Assembly: GCA_050116035.1 (NCBI GenBank)
Contig: JASFPJ010000002.1
Span: forward strand, 1 to 41,770
DNA length: 41,770 nucleotides
Source of the DNA: Candidatus Aminicenantes bacterium
Lineage (GTDB): Bacteria > Acidobacteriota > Aminicenantia > Aminicenantales > Aminicenantaceae
Direction: 5' to 3'
The stretch's first letter is position 1. Every line of letters starts with the position of its first letter. Positions 32,510 through 41,730 of this stretch are shown one piece after another. Position numbers and translations under genes: made by a program. The notes beneath the pieces were generated by a model, which worked only from the letters and a program-made list of their open reading frames with translations, did no database searches and had not been told where the DNA came from.

Positions 32510-34396
32510 TTATCGACTCACCTTGAGGTTAATTCTTTTTGTGGCTGTCCCGCCGTGCTGGGATTTGATTTTGAATTCCACCCATCCCTGGGTTCCGCCC
32601 ATCTTGACCAGAGTGCAGAGCCGCTTGGTTTCTTTTCCCTTGAGCCTGAATTCACCAGATTTCCCGGGGATCGCCTCAGATGGAGCTAGCTTGTTCAGCG
32701 GATCGACAATGGTCGAGCCTTCGGGAATCTCTACAACTGAAATGTTATTGGATGTGTTGACCGTTATGGTGTCCTTTACCGCTCTATTGAGCTGAACAGC
32801 ACGATCCGAAGATGTAGGGTAGACACGGTCATTCTTGACCACAACCTCAACCCAATACAGCTCATCCGTGGCCGGAGTGACAGAGATTTCCTCGATTTCC
32901 ACCTTGGGAAATTGACTGGCACAGTACATCACGAACTGGGCATTCTTGAACGCTTCCATCTCTATGTAGCGGGCAGGGGGAGTCCTCACAGTGTGTTTCT
33001 TGCGTGAGCCACCAATCCAGATCTCTCCAAGGTCAGGATGCTTGACTTTATGCGGCATGATCCAGCCTTCACCGGTCAGCTCAGTGTCGATCCACTTCAA
33101 ATATTCTTCGTCGGTCACTCGACCGTCGCCATCCTCATCCGCTTCAAAAGCGGGTGAGCCCCAGAGCTCGATGAGGTAGCTGTAGGCGCCGAGCATGTAG
33201 TAAGTGGCTGCATGAGCCTGGCCGCTCAAACCGCCGATAACCGGGCGGTAGTTCTTCATGATTCTGGCTCCCATAGTCGCAATTTCTGTCTGGACATCCA
33301 TGTCGTGCTGATAATTCGGGGCCACCTGCCGGTCGAAAAGCTGAGCGTACTTATTCGTCTTCCTCATCTCTTCCAGACGCCGTTGGAGCATTTCCTGCAT
33401 GCGCTGCCTTTGCTCGGGTGTCTGGTTCCGGCTGGGTACGGCCGGTGGGGCCTGGAACATGATCAGACGTCCCGTGTTGTGGTAGTGGAAGCTGGCATAG
33501 ATATTCGGATGAGCCAGCTGGAATTCATACACGTTGCGGCACTCGGGTTCGGACATCGGGTAAGGATTCCCGGCTTGGAGATTCCAGCCATAGGCAAAGT
33601 TCCGGTTCGGATCCGGGCCACCGATGTCATCCTCGTTGATCATTCCGTCGCCATCGTTATCGTAGCCTTCTGAACCGATTCTGCGGAAGCGGCGAACATC
33701 TTCCTTCTCATCGCTCACCCGGAGAAACTGCCGCTTATCAGGGGATAGCTTGTAATTTCCTTTTGGGTCTTCGATGTACATGGTGGAAAGCTCTCCATCG
33801 CCGTCCACATCCTCGGTTCGGTCCTCGTCGTAGAGCCCATCACCGTCATTGTCCTCGGGCCTGTAGGGCTCACGGGGATTATTCGGTGTGTTGGGAAAGC
33901 GAGCGAATGACTCGTTGGCGTCCACGTTGAGCCCGGGAAGGATGTAGAAGGTACAGTTGTTGACCAGGTCATAGACGTACGGGTCGTAATCATACCGGGT
34001 GAGGAGATACCACATGAGGTAGAGAGAGCAGGAGATTCCGTTAATCTCGTTTCCGTGAATAGCTCCGTCCACCCACATGGCGGGTTTATCCTGATGCTTT
34101 CCGGTTGATTTGGCCGTGATGGTGATCAGGTACTGGTCACGGCCCATCCGGCTTTTTCCGATGCTCTGGATGTCGGCCAGGTGGGGGTATTTTTTCTGGA
34201 TGTCGTGCATGATTTTGGTCCATTCTGCGTAGGAATAGTACTGCTTCCAGCTTATCGGGAAATCGAGTTCACCGTGGTAGCCGCCCGGACTCTTCTGGAG
34301 CTTCTTCTGGGCAAAAGCCGGAACCACACAGGCAGTTACGAGGAAAACACTCAAGATTGAAAGCGTGATGTATTTTAAATGATTTTGTCTTCTCAT
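32510..34396 (-). CDS. Secreted M14-family zinc carboxypeptidase with a Ca-binding-like DxDxDG insert
   Basis: 628-aa ORF with a signal peptide (..VVPAFA|QKK). Zn motif HGNE, NRNF substrate-binding motif, and acidic repeats DNDGDGLYDED / DVDGDGE / DNDGDGMINEDD. Paralogous to the upstream gene. Confidence 0.9.
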   Translation of the reverse strand: MRRQNHLKYITLSILSVFLVTACVVPAFAQKKLQKSPGGYHGELDFPISWKQYYSYAEWTKIMHDIQKKYPHLADIQSIGKSRMGRDQYLITITAKSTGKHQDKPAMWVDGAIHGNEINGISCSLYLMWYLLTRYDYDPYVYDLVNNCTFYILPGLNVDANESFARFPNTPNNPREPYRPEDNDGDGLYDEDRTEDVDGDGELSTMYIEDPKGNYKLSPDKRQFLRVSDEKEDVRRFRRIGSEGYDNDGDGMINEDDIGGPDPNRNFAYGWNLQAGNPYPMSEPECRNVYEFQLAHPNIYASFHYHNTGRLIMFQAPPAVPSRNQTPEQRQRMQEMLQRRLEEMRKTNKYAQLFDRQVAPNYQHDMDVQTEIATMGARIMKNYRPVIGGLSGQAHAATYYMLGAYSYLIELWGSPAFEADEDGDGRVTDEEYLKWIDTELTGEGWIMPHKVKHPDLGEIWIGGSRKKHTVRTPPARYIEMEAFKNAQFVMYCASQFPKVEIEEISVTPATDELYWVEVVVKNDRVYPTSSDRAVQLNRAVKDTITVNTSNNISVVEIPEGSTIVDPLNKLAPSEAIPGKSGEFRLKGKETKRLCTLVKMGGTQGWVEFKIKSQHGGTATKRINLKVSR

Positions 34397-34408
34397 CGTT
34401 TTCCTCCG

Positions 34409-36538
34409 TTATTGAATGGAAAGGCTTTTGACTTTGGTGCCGCCTTTTTGGGAAGTCACCACAATTTTGAGCGGAGAGTCTCCTTTGACAGCGATCAGCC
34501 ATTTGACAGTGCGCTTCGGGCCTGTTTGTTCCACCTGGGTTGGTCGGTACCTCGGCTGTCTCATGAAGACCGGATATCCGGGAGGGTAAAACATCATCCT
34601 TCGCTGCATCTGCGCTTGCTGGGGACGCGGAGCACCTCTGGCCGCATAGCCGGGAATTCTCATCGTCCCCTCGATGACTCCGAGCCTCTGGAAGGTTGAG
34701 CCTTGAAGGTAGGTGATTCGATCACGGTTGCCGATCAGCCAGACAATATCCTCACGGTTTCCGGCCAGTTGAGCGCCTCTGGCAAGATGCGTCGCCAGTT
34801 TTCCTTTGTTTTCGATTATCGCCGTGACTTCAACAATTTTGTATTTTCCTCGGGATCGGCCTTTTTTAATCGTAACCTGGTCACCCTTCTGGGAGACGAC
34901 AGCGTCACTGGCACTCTTAGCTGTGTAGAGGAGGCGCGCTTTGGCCTCAGTGATGACGATTTCCGGCTGAAGTCCGGCTCTGAACTTCTCGAACTGCCAG
35001 TGTTTCTCGCAGACGCCGATCAATGGATCTCCCGGGAGTGCATTACTGCGGTATTTGGGAATCCAGCCGCCGATCTCTCCTTCTCCCAGTTCGGGGTGGT
35101 TGAACTTCTTCCAGGGGATGAAAAGCTTTCCTCCGTATTTTTCATCCTGGTGTTTCAAAAGCGCCCGCTGGGATTGGAGCCTGGCATCCTGCCCTTCAAA
35201 CTGAGGAAAACCACTGATATCTTTCTGAGGATTCCAGAGTTCTGTTGTGAGAGCGTAGATCCCCAACTGCATGTACATCCAATCACTGGCCATCCCGTAG
35301 TTGTAGCGCCTGTCCCTTGCCTCGCTGTAGCTGGCTCTCCAGCCTCGGGGCAGCTCATAACCGCGGGATATGGCATATTTATTCTTGGATGTTTTCTTGA
35401 GTTCTTCTTTTAGTGCATCTAAAGCCCCAGGCTTCTGCCACGCTTCAGGGACTTCCTCCCCAATAATCTCGAGGTATTTTTTCCCCATGATCATGTCGAA
35501 TACAGCCACATCTTTAGGATGGAGCTGAGTCGGAGGCGCTGTGCCCATGGGCCTGTAGGTGAACCCGCCGGACGTGTGGTAGTTCTGTGCCATCAGGATG
35601 TTGGTGTGATTGGTGAAAAATTCGGCAAGGGCATGAGTTTCGGGTGCAGAAGTGGGATAATCGCCCTGACCTCCGGCCATGGTGTTGTCTCTGAACCAAC
35701 CCTCCGGAAAGTTGCGATTCAGGTCAATCCCTCTTTCCCTGTCTTCTCCTCGCTTGCCATCTCCGTCGTTATCCTTATCCTCCATTATGACTGAATATTT
35801 CTGCTCGTTGGTTATTTCTCCTCTCCTCAGACGGATCATTAAGCGAGGATCTTCGTCGTCGATCACATACTGACCTTCTGGATCCTTGTAGCGAAACTGA
35901 GTGATGTGTCCATCTCCGTTGAGGTCGTCATACCCGTCCTCGTTGACCTTGCCGTCATTGTCATCGTCCTTCTTCATGCTGTTCTGCCGCTGTGAGATCC
36001 CTTTCTCGAGGCTGTTGTACAGTCCGTCAGCATTGACTACCGGGCAGACATAAAAAGTCTGGTCGTTCACTATTCGCGTGACCTCTTCATCCGACCCATA
36101 GCCTGAGACCAGCTTGTCGATGATGTAAAGGCTGACTTCAGTCCCTGTGTATTCGTTACCGTGCGTGCTGCCGCAGATCCAGAACCCGGGTTTTCCCTGG
36201 TAGGGTTTCATGGGCTGGACGTTCTTCACGCCTTCTTTCCGCATGTTGCGTAATCCCACATGGGCGTCGATCGTGGTCCCTGTTTTCATGTTGGAAATTA
36301 CGAGTACATAAATCGGCCTCCCCATCGTGCTCTTGCCGATCTCGACGAGTTTAGTGATGTTTGGATAAGCTTTAGCCACATTTTTGATGTATGATACTGT
36401 CTGGGTGTAGCTGTGGTAATCATTGAAGCTGATGGGAACTTTCTGAGCCGCGGTGATAGAGTCTGGTGATGTGAGCAGCAGAAAAAGCATCAATGGGATG
36501 AGCAGGCCATAAACCCTAAAAGTTTTGGTTTGCATCAA
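34409..36538 (-). CDS. Secreted M14-family zinc carboxypeptidase with a Ca-binding-like DxDxDG insert (paralog)
   Basis: 709-aa ORF with SD GAGGAGG and a signal peptide (..PDSITA|AQ). HGNE, DLNRNF, and DDNDGKVNEDG / DLNGDGH / DKDNDGDGKRGED. 12 nt upstream of its paralog on the same strand. Confidence 0.9.
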   Translation of the reverse strand: MMQTKTFRVYGLLIPLMLFLLLTSPDSITAAQKVPISFNDYHSYTQTVSYIKNVAKAYPNITKLVEIGKSTMGRPIYVLVISNMKTGTTIDAHVGLRNMRKEGVKNVQPMKPYQGKPGFWICGSTHGNEYTGTEVSLYIIDKLVSGYGSDEEVTRIVNDQTFYVCPVVNADGLYNSLEKGISQRQNSMKKDDDNDGKVNEDGYDDLNGDGHITQFRYKDPEGQYVIDDEDPRLMIRLRRGEITNEQKYSVIMEDKDNDGDGKRGEDRERGIDLNRNFPEGWFRDNTMAGGQGDYPTSAPETHALAEFFTNHTNILMAQNYHTSGGFTYRPMGTAPPTQLHPKDVAVFDMIMGKKYLEIIGEEVPEAWQKPGALDALKEELKKTSKNKYAISRGYELPRGWRASYSEARDRRYNYGMASDWMYMQLGIYALTTELWNPQKDISGFPQFEGQDARLQSQRALLKHQDEKYGGKLFIPWKKFNHPELGEGEIGGWIPKYRSNALPGDPLIGVCEKHWQFEKFRAGLQPEIVITEAKARLLYTAKSASDAVVSQKGDQVTIKKGRSRGKYKIVEVTAIIENKGKLATHLARGAQLAGNREDIVWLIGNRDRITYLQGSTFQRLGVIEGTMRIPGYAARGAPRPQQAQMQRRMMFYPPGYPVFMRQPRYRPTQVEQTGPKRTVKWLIAVKGDSPLKIVVTSQKGGTKVKSLSIQ

Positions 36539-36608
36539 GCATTTCCTCCTCTCTCCAAGATTTCAGGGTGCCTCTTTTCTGCGAGACATCCATATATGTC
36601 GATCCGGA

Positions 36609-36622
36609 ATTCGGTACCGAAT
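36609..36622. promoter_or_regulatory. Perfect 14-nt palindrome ATTCGGTACCGAAT upstream of the M14 operon (possible operator)
   Basis: Read directly, 71-84 nt upstream of the minus-strand start codon at 36538. No other copy noticed in the window. Confidence 0.25.
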
Positions 36623-36736
36623 CCAGGAAAGGAATTACTTTATATGAAATCTTTTTAAAAATAAAGAGATTTTCAAAGGGACAATATCCAGCCAATTTTG
36701 GACATCCAGTTAATGGGATTTCCCCTTTTATCCTAT

Positions 36737-36766
36737 GAGATTGCCACGTCACTTCGTTCCTCGCAA
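36737..36766. repeat. Family-1 repeat, long variant, inverted orientation, truncated at its junction with a family-2 palindrome
   Basis: gagattgccacgtcacttcgttcctcgcaa, followed directly by aaattggggcc... instead of the usual tgac end. The core is identical to the reverse complement of 9928-9961. Confidence 0.75.
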
Positions 36767-36896
36767 AAATTGGGGCCAGTCCCCAATTTCCAATGATACG
36801 AAAAATTGGGGACTGGCCCCAGTTTCATGGGACTATCCCCAGTTTCAGAGATAGTTGCTCTTTGTTCGCATAAAAATTAGGGACTGTCCCCAATTT
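36765..36896. repeat. Family-2 palindrome cluster, four copies (36765-36789, 36801-36825, ~36829-36846 partial, 36872-36896)
   Basis: AAAAATTGGGGCCAGTCCCCAATTT; AAAAATTGGGGACTGGCCCCAGTTT; GGGACTATCCCCAGTTT; AAAAATTAGGGACTGTCCCCAATTT. By-eye consensus AAATTGGGGAC-T-GTCCCCAATTT (11+1+11 palindrome). Confidence 0.85.
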
Positions 36897-36903
36897 CTGA
36901 GCA

Positions 36904-36932
36904 TTGACTCTTTTCCTATTCCTTGCTATTAT
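36904..36932 (+). promoter_or_regulatory. Sigma-70-like promoter TTGACT-N17-TATTAT for the acyl-CoA synthetase gene
   Basis: TTGACT 36904-36909, 17-nt spacer, TATTAT 36927-36932. Starts 8 nt after the last family-2 palindrome. Same hexamers and spacing as 25575-25603. Confidence 0.45.
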
Positions 36933-37115
36933 TCTGGCGCTATTCTTAGGGGAAAGGATTGACAATAAAAAGCCCTGAGCACAATTCGAAGAATCTTTTT
37001 GATTCTGAGCCCTGCATTAAATGGACAACTTATCTTCCCAAAACTGAAGAGTTTTTTGTTTGCCAAAACCTTAAAAGCCTTTTCAGGAAATATAAAGCCA
37101 AAAAGGAGGGGTAAA

Positions 37116-38897
37116 ATGCTTGAGAAATCAATTTATGAGTTATTTAAAAAAGTTTGCGAGGAGAATAAGGATAAGGTCGCTTACAGGTATAAGGAAGGGA
37201 CCGAGTGGAAACCAGTCACCTGGGGAGAGCACCAGGAGACATGTAAAAAGATCTCTAAGAGCCTGATGGCCTTGGGGGTCGGAAAAGATGACAAAGTCAA
37301 CATTCTCAGCTGGACACGGTTGGAATGGATTCAGCTCGATATGGCAACAGTGAGCATCGGCGCTGTGATCGTCGGGATATATCATTCCAATTTAGCGGAT
37401 GATTGTGCCTACGTCATCAATCACAGCGATGCGGTTATTCTCGTTGTCGAAAACCAGGACCAGCTGGATAAGATTACTAAAGTCAGAAAGAATCTGCCTC
37501 ATCTGAAGCACATCGTGATTATTGACGGTAAGCCGTCCGGTGCAGAGGATGTGATGACCTGGAAGGAATTTTTATCTAAGGGCAAGAACATTACAGATGA
37601 GGATTTTCTTGCGCGAACAGAACAAGTCCAGCCTAAAGATGTGGCTTCACTCGTTTACACATCCGGGACAACCGGCATCCCAAAGGGGGCGATGATCACG
37701 CAAGAAAACCTGATTTTCACTTCCTGGTCGGCCCTTGAGTCCATTCTGATGGAGCCACATTTTGAAACTTTACTTTCCATGCCCCTTCCGCACGTCTTTG
37801 CCCGGATCATTGTTTATGTCTGCATTCGAGCTGGAGTCACAGTCAATATTGGTGAGAGCCTCGAAAAATCCGGAGATAATTTAAGAGAAGTGAGGCCGCA
37901 TTTCTTTGTCACGGCGCCGCGGCTCTATGAAAGAGCCTACGTGAGGATCACCTCAGCCCCGCAGGATGCCGGCGGAATCAAGTATAAGATTTTCAAATGG
38001 GCACTCAAGGTAGGCTATGCAGTGAGCGGGATGCAGCAGCAGAAAAAGCCTGTTAAAGGCCTGCTCGCGTTCAAACACAAGCTCGCCAACAAGCTCGTTT
38101 TCTCTAAAGTTCAAGCGGCTTTAGGCGGCAATCTAGTCTGGGCCGTTTCCGGTTCCGCCCCGTTAAACAAGGCCCTTGCCGAATTTTTTCATGCCTGCGG
38201 CATTCTGGTCCTCGAGGGTCTTGGGATGACAGAAAACACCTCGTTCACCAACGTTAACCGTTACGATAACTATAAGTTCGGAACGGTTGGCCCATTGGGT
38301 CCGGAGATCGAACAGAAAATTGCATCCGATGGAGAAGTGCTGTTCAGAGGCAAGAATGTCATGCTCGGTTACTACAAAGATCCTGAAGAGACAGCTGAGA
38401 CGATTGATAAAGATGGCTGGCTTTATACGGGGGATATCGGGATGATCGATGATGACGGCTTTTTGCGCATCACCGACCGCAAGAAGGAAATAATTGTGAC
38501 ATCAGGCGGAAAAAATGTGGCCCCCCTGAGAGTTGAGAATATCATGCTGACCTCACGTTACATCGGCCAGGTTGTGGCGTACGGCGATAAGAAAAAATAT
38601 CTGACAGGAGTGGTCACGCTCGACCCGGACCAGATAAGTGAGTGGGCAACGAAACAGGGCATCCAGTTCAGCAGCGTAGAAGAGCTCAGCAAGCACCCCC
38701 AAGTGGTGGACTTGATCGATAACGAAGTTGAGGAAAAAAACCAATCCCTCGCCTCTTTCGAGACCTTGAAGAAAGTTATAATCGCTCCAAACGAATTCAG
38801 CGTTGAAAGCGGCGAGCAGACATCATCCTTTAAGGTCAAACGCCGAGTCGTCATAGACAACTACAGAGCGCAGCTTGATGCCCTGTATGAAGATTAA
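37116..38897 (+). CDS. Long-chain fatty-acid--CoA ligase (AMP-forming acyl-CoA synthetase, FadD-like)
   Basis: ORF track starts at 36999. The in-frame ATG 37116 has SD AAGGAGGGG 5 nt upstream. AMP-binding motif YTSGTTGIPKGAMIT, plus GDIGMIDDDGFLRITDRKKEIIVTSGGKNVAP. Confidence 0.92.
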   Translation: MLEKSIYELFKKVCEENKDKVAYRYKEGTEWKPVTWGEHQETCKKISKSLMALGVGKDDKVNILSWTRLEWIQLDMATVSIGAVIVGIYHSNLADDCAYVINHSDAVILVVENQDQLDKITKVRKNLPHLKHIVIIDGKPSGAEDVMTWKEFLSKGKNITDEDFLARTEQVQPKDVASLVYTSGTTGIPKGAMITQENLIFTSWSALESILMEPHFETLLSMPLPHVFARIIVYVCIRAGVTVNIGESLEKSGDNLREVRPHFFVTAPRLYERAYVRITSAPQDAGGIKYKIFKWALKVGYAVSGMQQQKKPVKGLLAFKHKLANKLVFSKVQAALGGNLVWAVSGSAPLNKALAEFFHACGILVLEGLGMTENTSFTNVNRYDNYKFGTVGPLGPEIEQKIASDGEVLFRGKNVMLGYYKDPEETAETIDKDGWLYTGDIGMIDDDGFLRITDRKKEIIVTSGGKNVAPLRVENIMLTSRYIGQVVAYGDKKKYLTGVVTLDPDQISEWATKQGIQFSSVEELSKHPQVVDLIDNEVEEKNQSLASFETLKKVIIAPNEFSVESGEQTSSFKVKRRVVIDNYRAQLDALYED

Positions 38898-39093
38898 ATT
38901 CAGGCAAAAAACTCTTATCGGCATAAAGCACAAATCTTAATCCTTCAGTGCTTCCATTTTTGTTTCCAACTGTCGCGATATAATTATTTTACGAAAGTAT
39001 CAGACTATTCGTGTCTTCTCCCTTGCCCTTGATTTGTTTGGAGTTGACCGGACTGGGTGATGAAATTTATATGACTTTTTTTAGTCTGCCTGA

Positions 39094-41730
39094 CTACTCA
39101 TACCGGAGGGCCTTCACCGGGTTGGCTGTCGCTGCCTTTAAAGCCTGATAACTGACTGTCCCCACAGCAATCACAAGTGCAACCAAAGCTGAACCTACAA
39201 AAATCCCCCATCCCAAGTCAATCCTGTAGGCAAATCCCTGAAGCCACTGCTTGGAGACTAAATAAGCAGCCGGCCAGGCGACAACATTCGCCACCAACAC
39301 CCATTTGGCAAATTCCTTGGTCAGAAGCAGCGCAATTCCTGAAGCCTTTGCTCCAAGCACTTTCCGGATGCCGATCTCCTTTGTCCGGCGTTCGGCCATG
39401 AACGAGGCCAGTCCGAAAAGTCCCAAGCAGGCAATGAACACGGTGAGTGTAGTGAAGTAACGGAATATTTCCCCGATCCGCTGCTCTGTCCTGTACCAGT
39501 TTTCGATATCCTCATCAATGAATCCATAACGGAAGGGGATGTGGGACCCGACAAATTTATCCCACTTTGTCTTCAGGAAAGAAAGGACCTCAGCTGTATT
39601 TTCGGGTTTGTATTTAACGAACACAAAGAATCCTCGTGTGGGCTGCATAGCCACTGGGGCGATCGGGCTGTGGAGAGAGGCGCCATGAAAATCTTTGATG
39701 ATTCCAATGATCGTTCCTTTTTGGCCGCTGAAGGAAAACCATTTGCCGATAGGATTCTCCAATTTCATGGTCTTGATCGCTGTCTCATTCAGGACCCAGT
39801 TCTGGTCGTCGTCAGCCAACTCCTTAGAGAAGAAGCGTCCCTCCGCCATTTTCAGGTTGAAGACCTTCAAATAATCGTGGCCGCATGAACCCCTGCCTAT
39901 TTTGATCTCCATAGACGGATCTTTTCCCTCCCAGTCGACCTCTGTGGTTCCCCATTCTCCCGAAGGAGGCGGAAAACCTCGGCAGACCGCTGAGACGTTC
40001 GGATTCTGGAGTAGCTCGCTTTTCGCGGCTTCATAGTTGGTCTCATAGTCATTATAGCCAGCGAAAGAAATGATGTGTTCTTTGTCGAAACCCAGGTCTT
40101 TGTTTTGCATGAAATGAAGCTGAAGGTAGATAACAGCCGTGCAGATGATCAATCCGATGGTAAAGGTGAACTGCAGGATAACCAGGACTTTCCGCAGCGC
40201 TCCGCCGCGGCGTGCGCCGAGAAGCTCGATGTTCTTTATGACTTTGACTGGTTGGAATGCAGAGAGGAATACAGCCGGGTAGCTTCCGGAAATAAGGCTT
40301 GTGACCAGCGCGATGATAAACAGGCCAATCAGAATAAGCCAGTTTCCCGAATGAATCAAACTCATCTCCTTCCCAGCGAGCCTGGTGAAAGTCGGAAGCG
40401 ACAGCTCCACCAGGAACACAGCGATGAGCAGTGCCAGGAAAGTCAGCAAAGTCGATTCTCCCAGAAATTGCTTGATAAGGTCTGACCTTCGTGCGCCCAC
40501 GACCTTGCGCATTCCCACTTCTTTGGCCCGGGCAGCATAGCGCGCTGTCGAAAGATTCATGAAGTTGATGCAAGCAAGAAGAAGGATACAGAAGGCAGTC
40601 AGGGAAAAGAGGTAGACATATGTGATGTTTCCCTTGTTGGGATAAGCCAGCATCCAGGTGTTGATGTGAGTGGAGTGAAGGTGGAGGTCTTTCAGTGGCT
40701 GAAGATAGACACTCCCTTGGACATTAGGCAGGTGTTGTTTGACGATATCCATCATTTTTCTGTTGACTTCAGCGGTATCGGCGCCTTTTCGCAGGACAAC
40801 ATACGTCGCAAACTGAGTGTAGGTCCACTCATCCAACTTCGATTCCCGCCAATTCGTCATGTTGACAGCGGGGAAGGCAAAAGTGAAGTGGAGGTGGGAA
40901 TTTCGGGGGATGTTCTTGATGATCCCGGTCACTGTCATGTCCGTGTTATTCAACTGAATGATTTTTCCAAAGGCGTCCTCTTCGCCAAAGATTTTTTTAG
41001 CCAGGTCCTCGGTCAAAATAATCGAGTAGCGATCTTTTAAAGCGGTTCCCGGGTCGCCTTTGATAAAAGGGAACTGAAAGATTTCAAAGAATGTTGGGCC
41101 GACTGCAGCCAAGTACTCCTCCAGGAAGCGCTTTTCTCCGTGGTGAAGATGCCAATTGCCCCATCCGGCCTGCACCCGTACAAATTTCTCGACTTCGGGC
41201 ACTTCTTCTATCAACGCCTGTCCGATAGGGGCAGGGGAGCCGGCCTGGATGAAAGTCGTTCCCCCGGATGTGTCCACAGTGTTAATGCGGAAGATCTGAT
41301 CCGCGTTTTTATGGAATCTATCATAGCTCAGCTCATCCTGTACCCAGATGAGGATGAGTATGCAGGCGGCCATCCCAATGGCTAACCCAGCGATGTTGAT
41401 GAGAGAAAAACCCTTGTGCCTTTTGATCTTGCGGAGGGCGATTTTTAAATAGCTCCAGATAAGAGAGGGCATGATGTGGGAAGGATGCCAGTATGGGCGG
41501 CTTCTCTCGTAGAGTTTGGCTTTGTCGTACTCCTGCCTGAGGATACCAGCTGGGGCGGACTTTCCGAGCGCCGCACGGAACGCCGCCTCCTCATCGAGAC
41601 CTCTTTCGATTTGATAGTCGATCTCATCCCTGAGATGGGATTCCAGCTCTGCGATGTCGGAGTCCTCAAGATTCTTACTGCGCCGGAGGGCTTTTGACCA
41701 CTTACGAATTTCCTTTTCCAGATCAAACAT
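39094..41730 (-). CDS. Duplicated MacB/FtsX-type ABC permease with an N-terminal soluble prefix domain (ADOP-like, acidobacterial duplicated orphan permease type)
   Basis: 878-aa ORF with SD AAGGAG. ~75-aa charged helical N-terminus, then two repeats of TM + large periplasmic domain + 3-TM FtsX module. No ATPase gene is adjacent within the window. Confidence 0.88.
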   Translation of the reverse strand: MFDLEKEIRKWSKALRRSKNLEDSDIAELESHLRDEIDYQIERGLDEEAAFRAALGKSAPAGILRQEYDKAKLYERSRPYWHPSHIMPSLIWSYLKIALRKIKRHKGFSLINIAGLAIGMAACILILIWVQDELSYDRFHKNADQIFRINTVDTSGGTTFIQAGSPAPIGQALIEEVPEVEKFVRVQAGWGNWHLHHGEKRFLEEYLAAVGPTFFEIFQFPFIKGDPGTALKDRYSIILTEDLAKKIFGEEDAFGKIIQLNNTDMTVTGIIKNIPRNSHLHFTFAFPAVNMTNWRESKLDEWTYTQFATYVVLRKGADTAEVNRKMMDIVKQHLPNVQGSVYLQPLKDLHLHSTHINTWMLAYPNKGNITYVYLFSLTAFCILLLACINFMNLSTARYAARAKEVGMRKVVGARRSDLIKQFLGESTLLTFLALLIAVFLVELSLPTFTRLAGKEMSLIHSGNWLILIGLFIIALVTSLISGSYPAVFLSAFQPVKVIKNIELLGARRGGALRKVLVILQFTFTIGLIICTAVIYLQLHFMQNKDLGFDKEHIISFAGYNDYETNYEAAKSELLQNPNVSAVCRGFPPPSGEWGTTEVDWEGKDPSMEIKIGRGSCGHDYLKVFNLKMAEGRFFSKELADDDQNWVLNETAIKTMKLENPIGKWFSFSGQKGTIIGIIKDFHGASLHSPIAPVAMQPTRGFFVFVKYKPENTAEVLSFLKTKWDKFVGSHIPFRYGFIDEDIENWYRTEQRIGEIFRYFTTLTVFIACLGLFGLASFMAERRTKEIGIRKVLGAKASGIALLLTKEFAKWVLVANVVAWPAAYLVSKQWLQGFAYRIDLGWGIFVGSALVALVIAVGTVSYQALKAATANPVKALRYE

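Noticed and set aside
32063-32689. Three ORFs of 70-96 aa in the six-frame track (32063-32275, 32157-32381, 32399-32689); also 21733-21939 and 36516-36752
   Set aside because: They are read-through translations of family-1/family-2 repeat units (peptides such as CHCEERSDVAIS / RLPRYARNN). They lack SD sequences and overlap each other or real genes.
36609-36622. ATTCGGTACCGAAT palindrome containing EcoRI-like (GAATTC) and KpnI (GGTACC) sites, raising the question of a cloning-vector/polylinker artefact
   Set aside because: The flanking sequence is continuous native intergenic DNA with the local repeat families and no vector-like sequence. A short natural dyad explains it. I kept it only as a low-confidence candidate operator.
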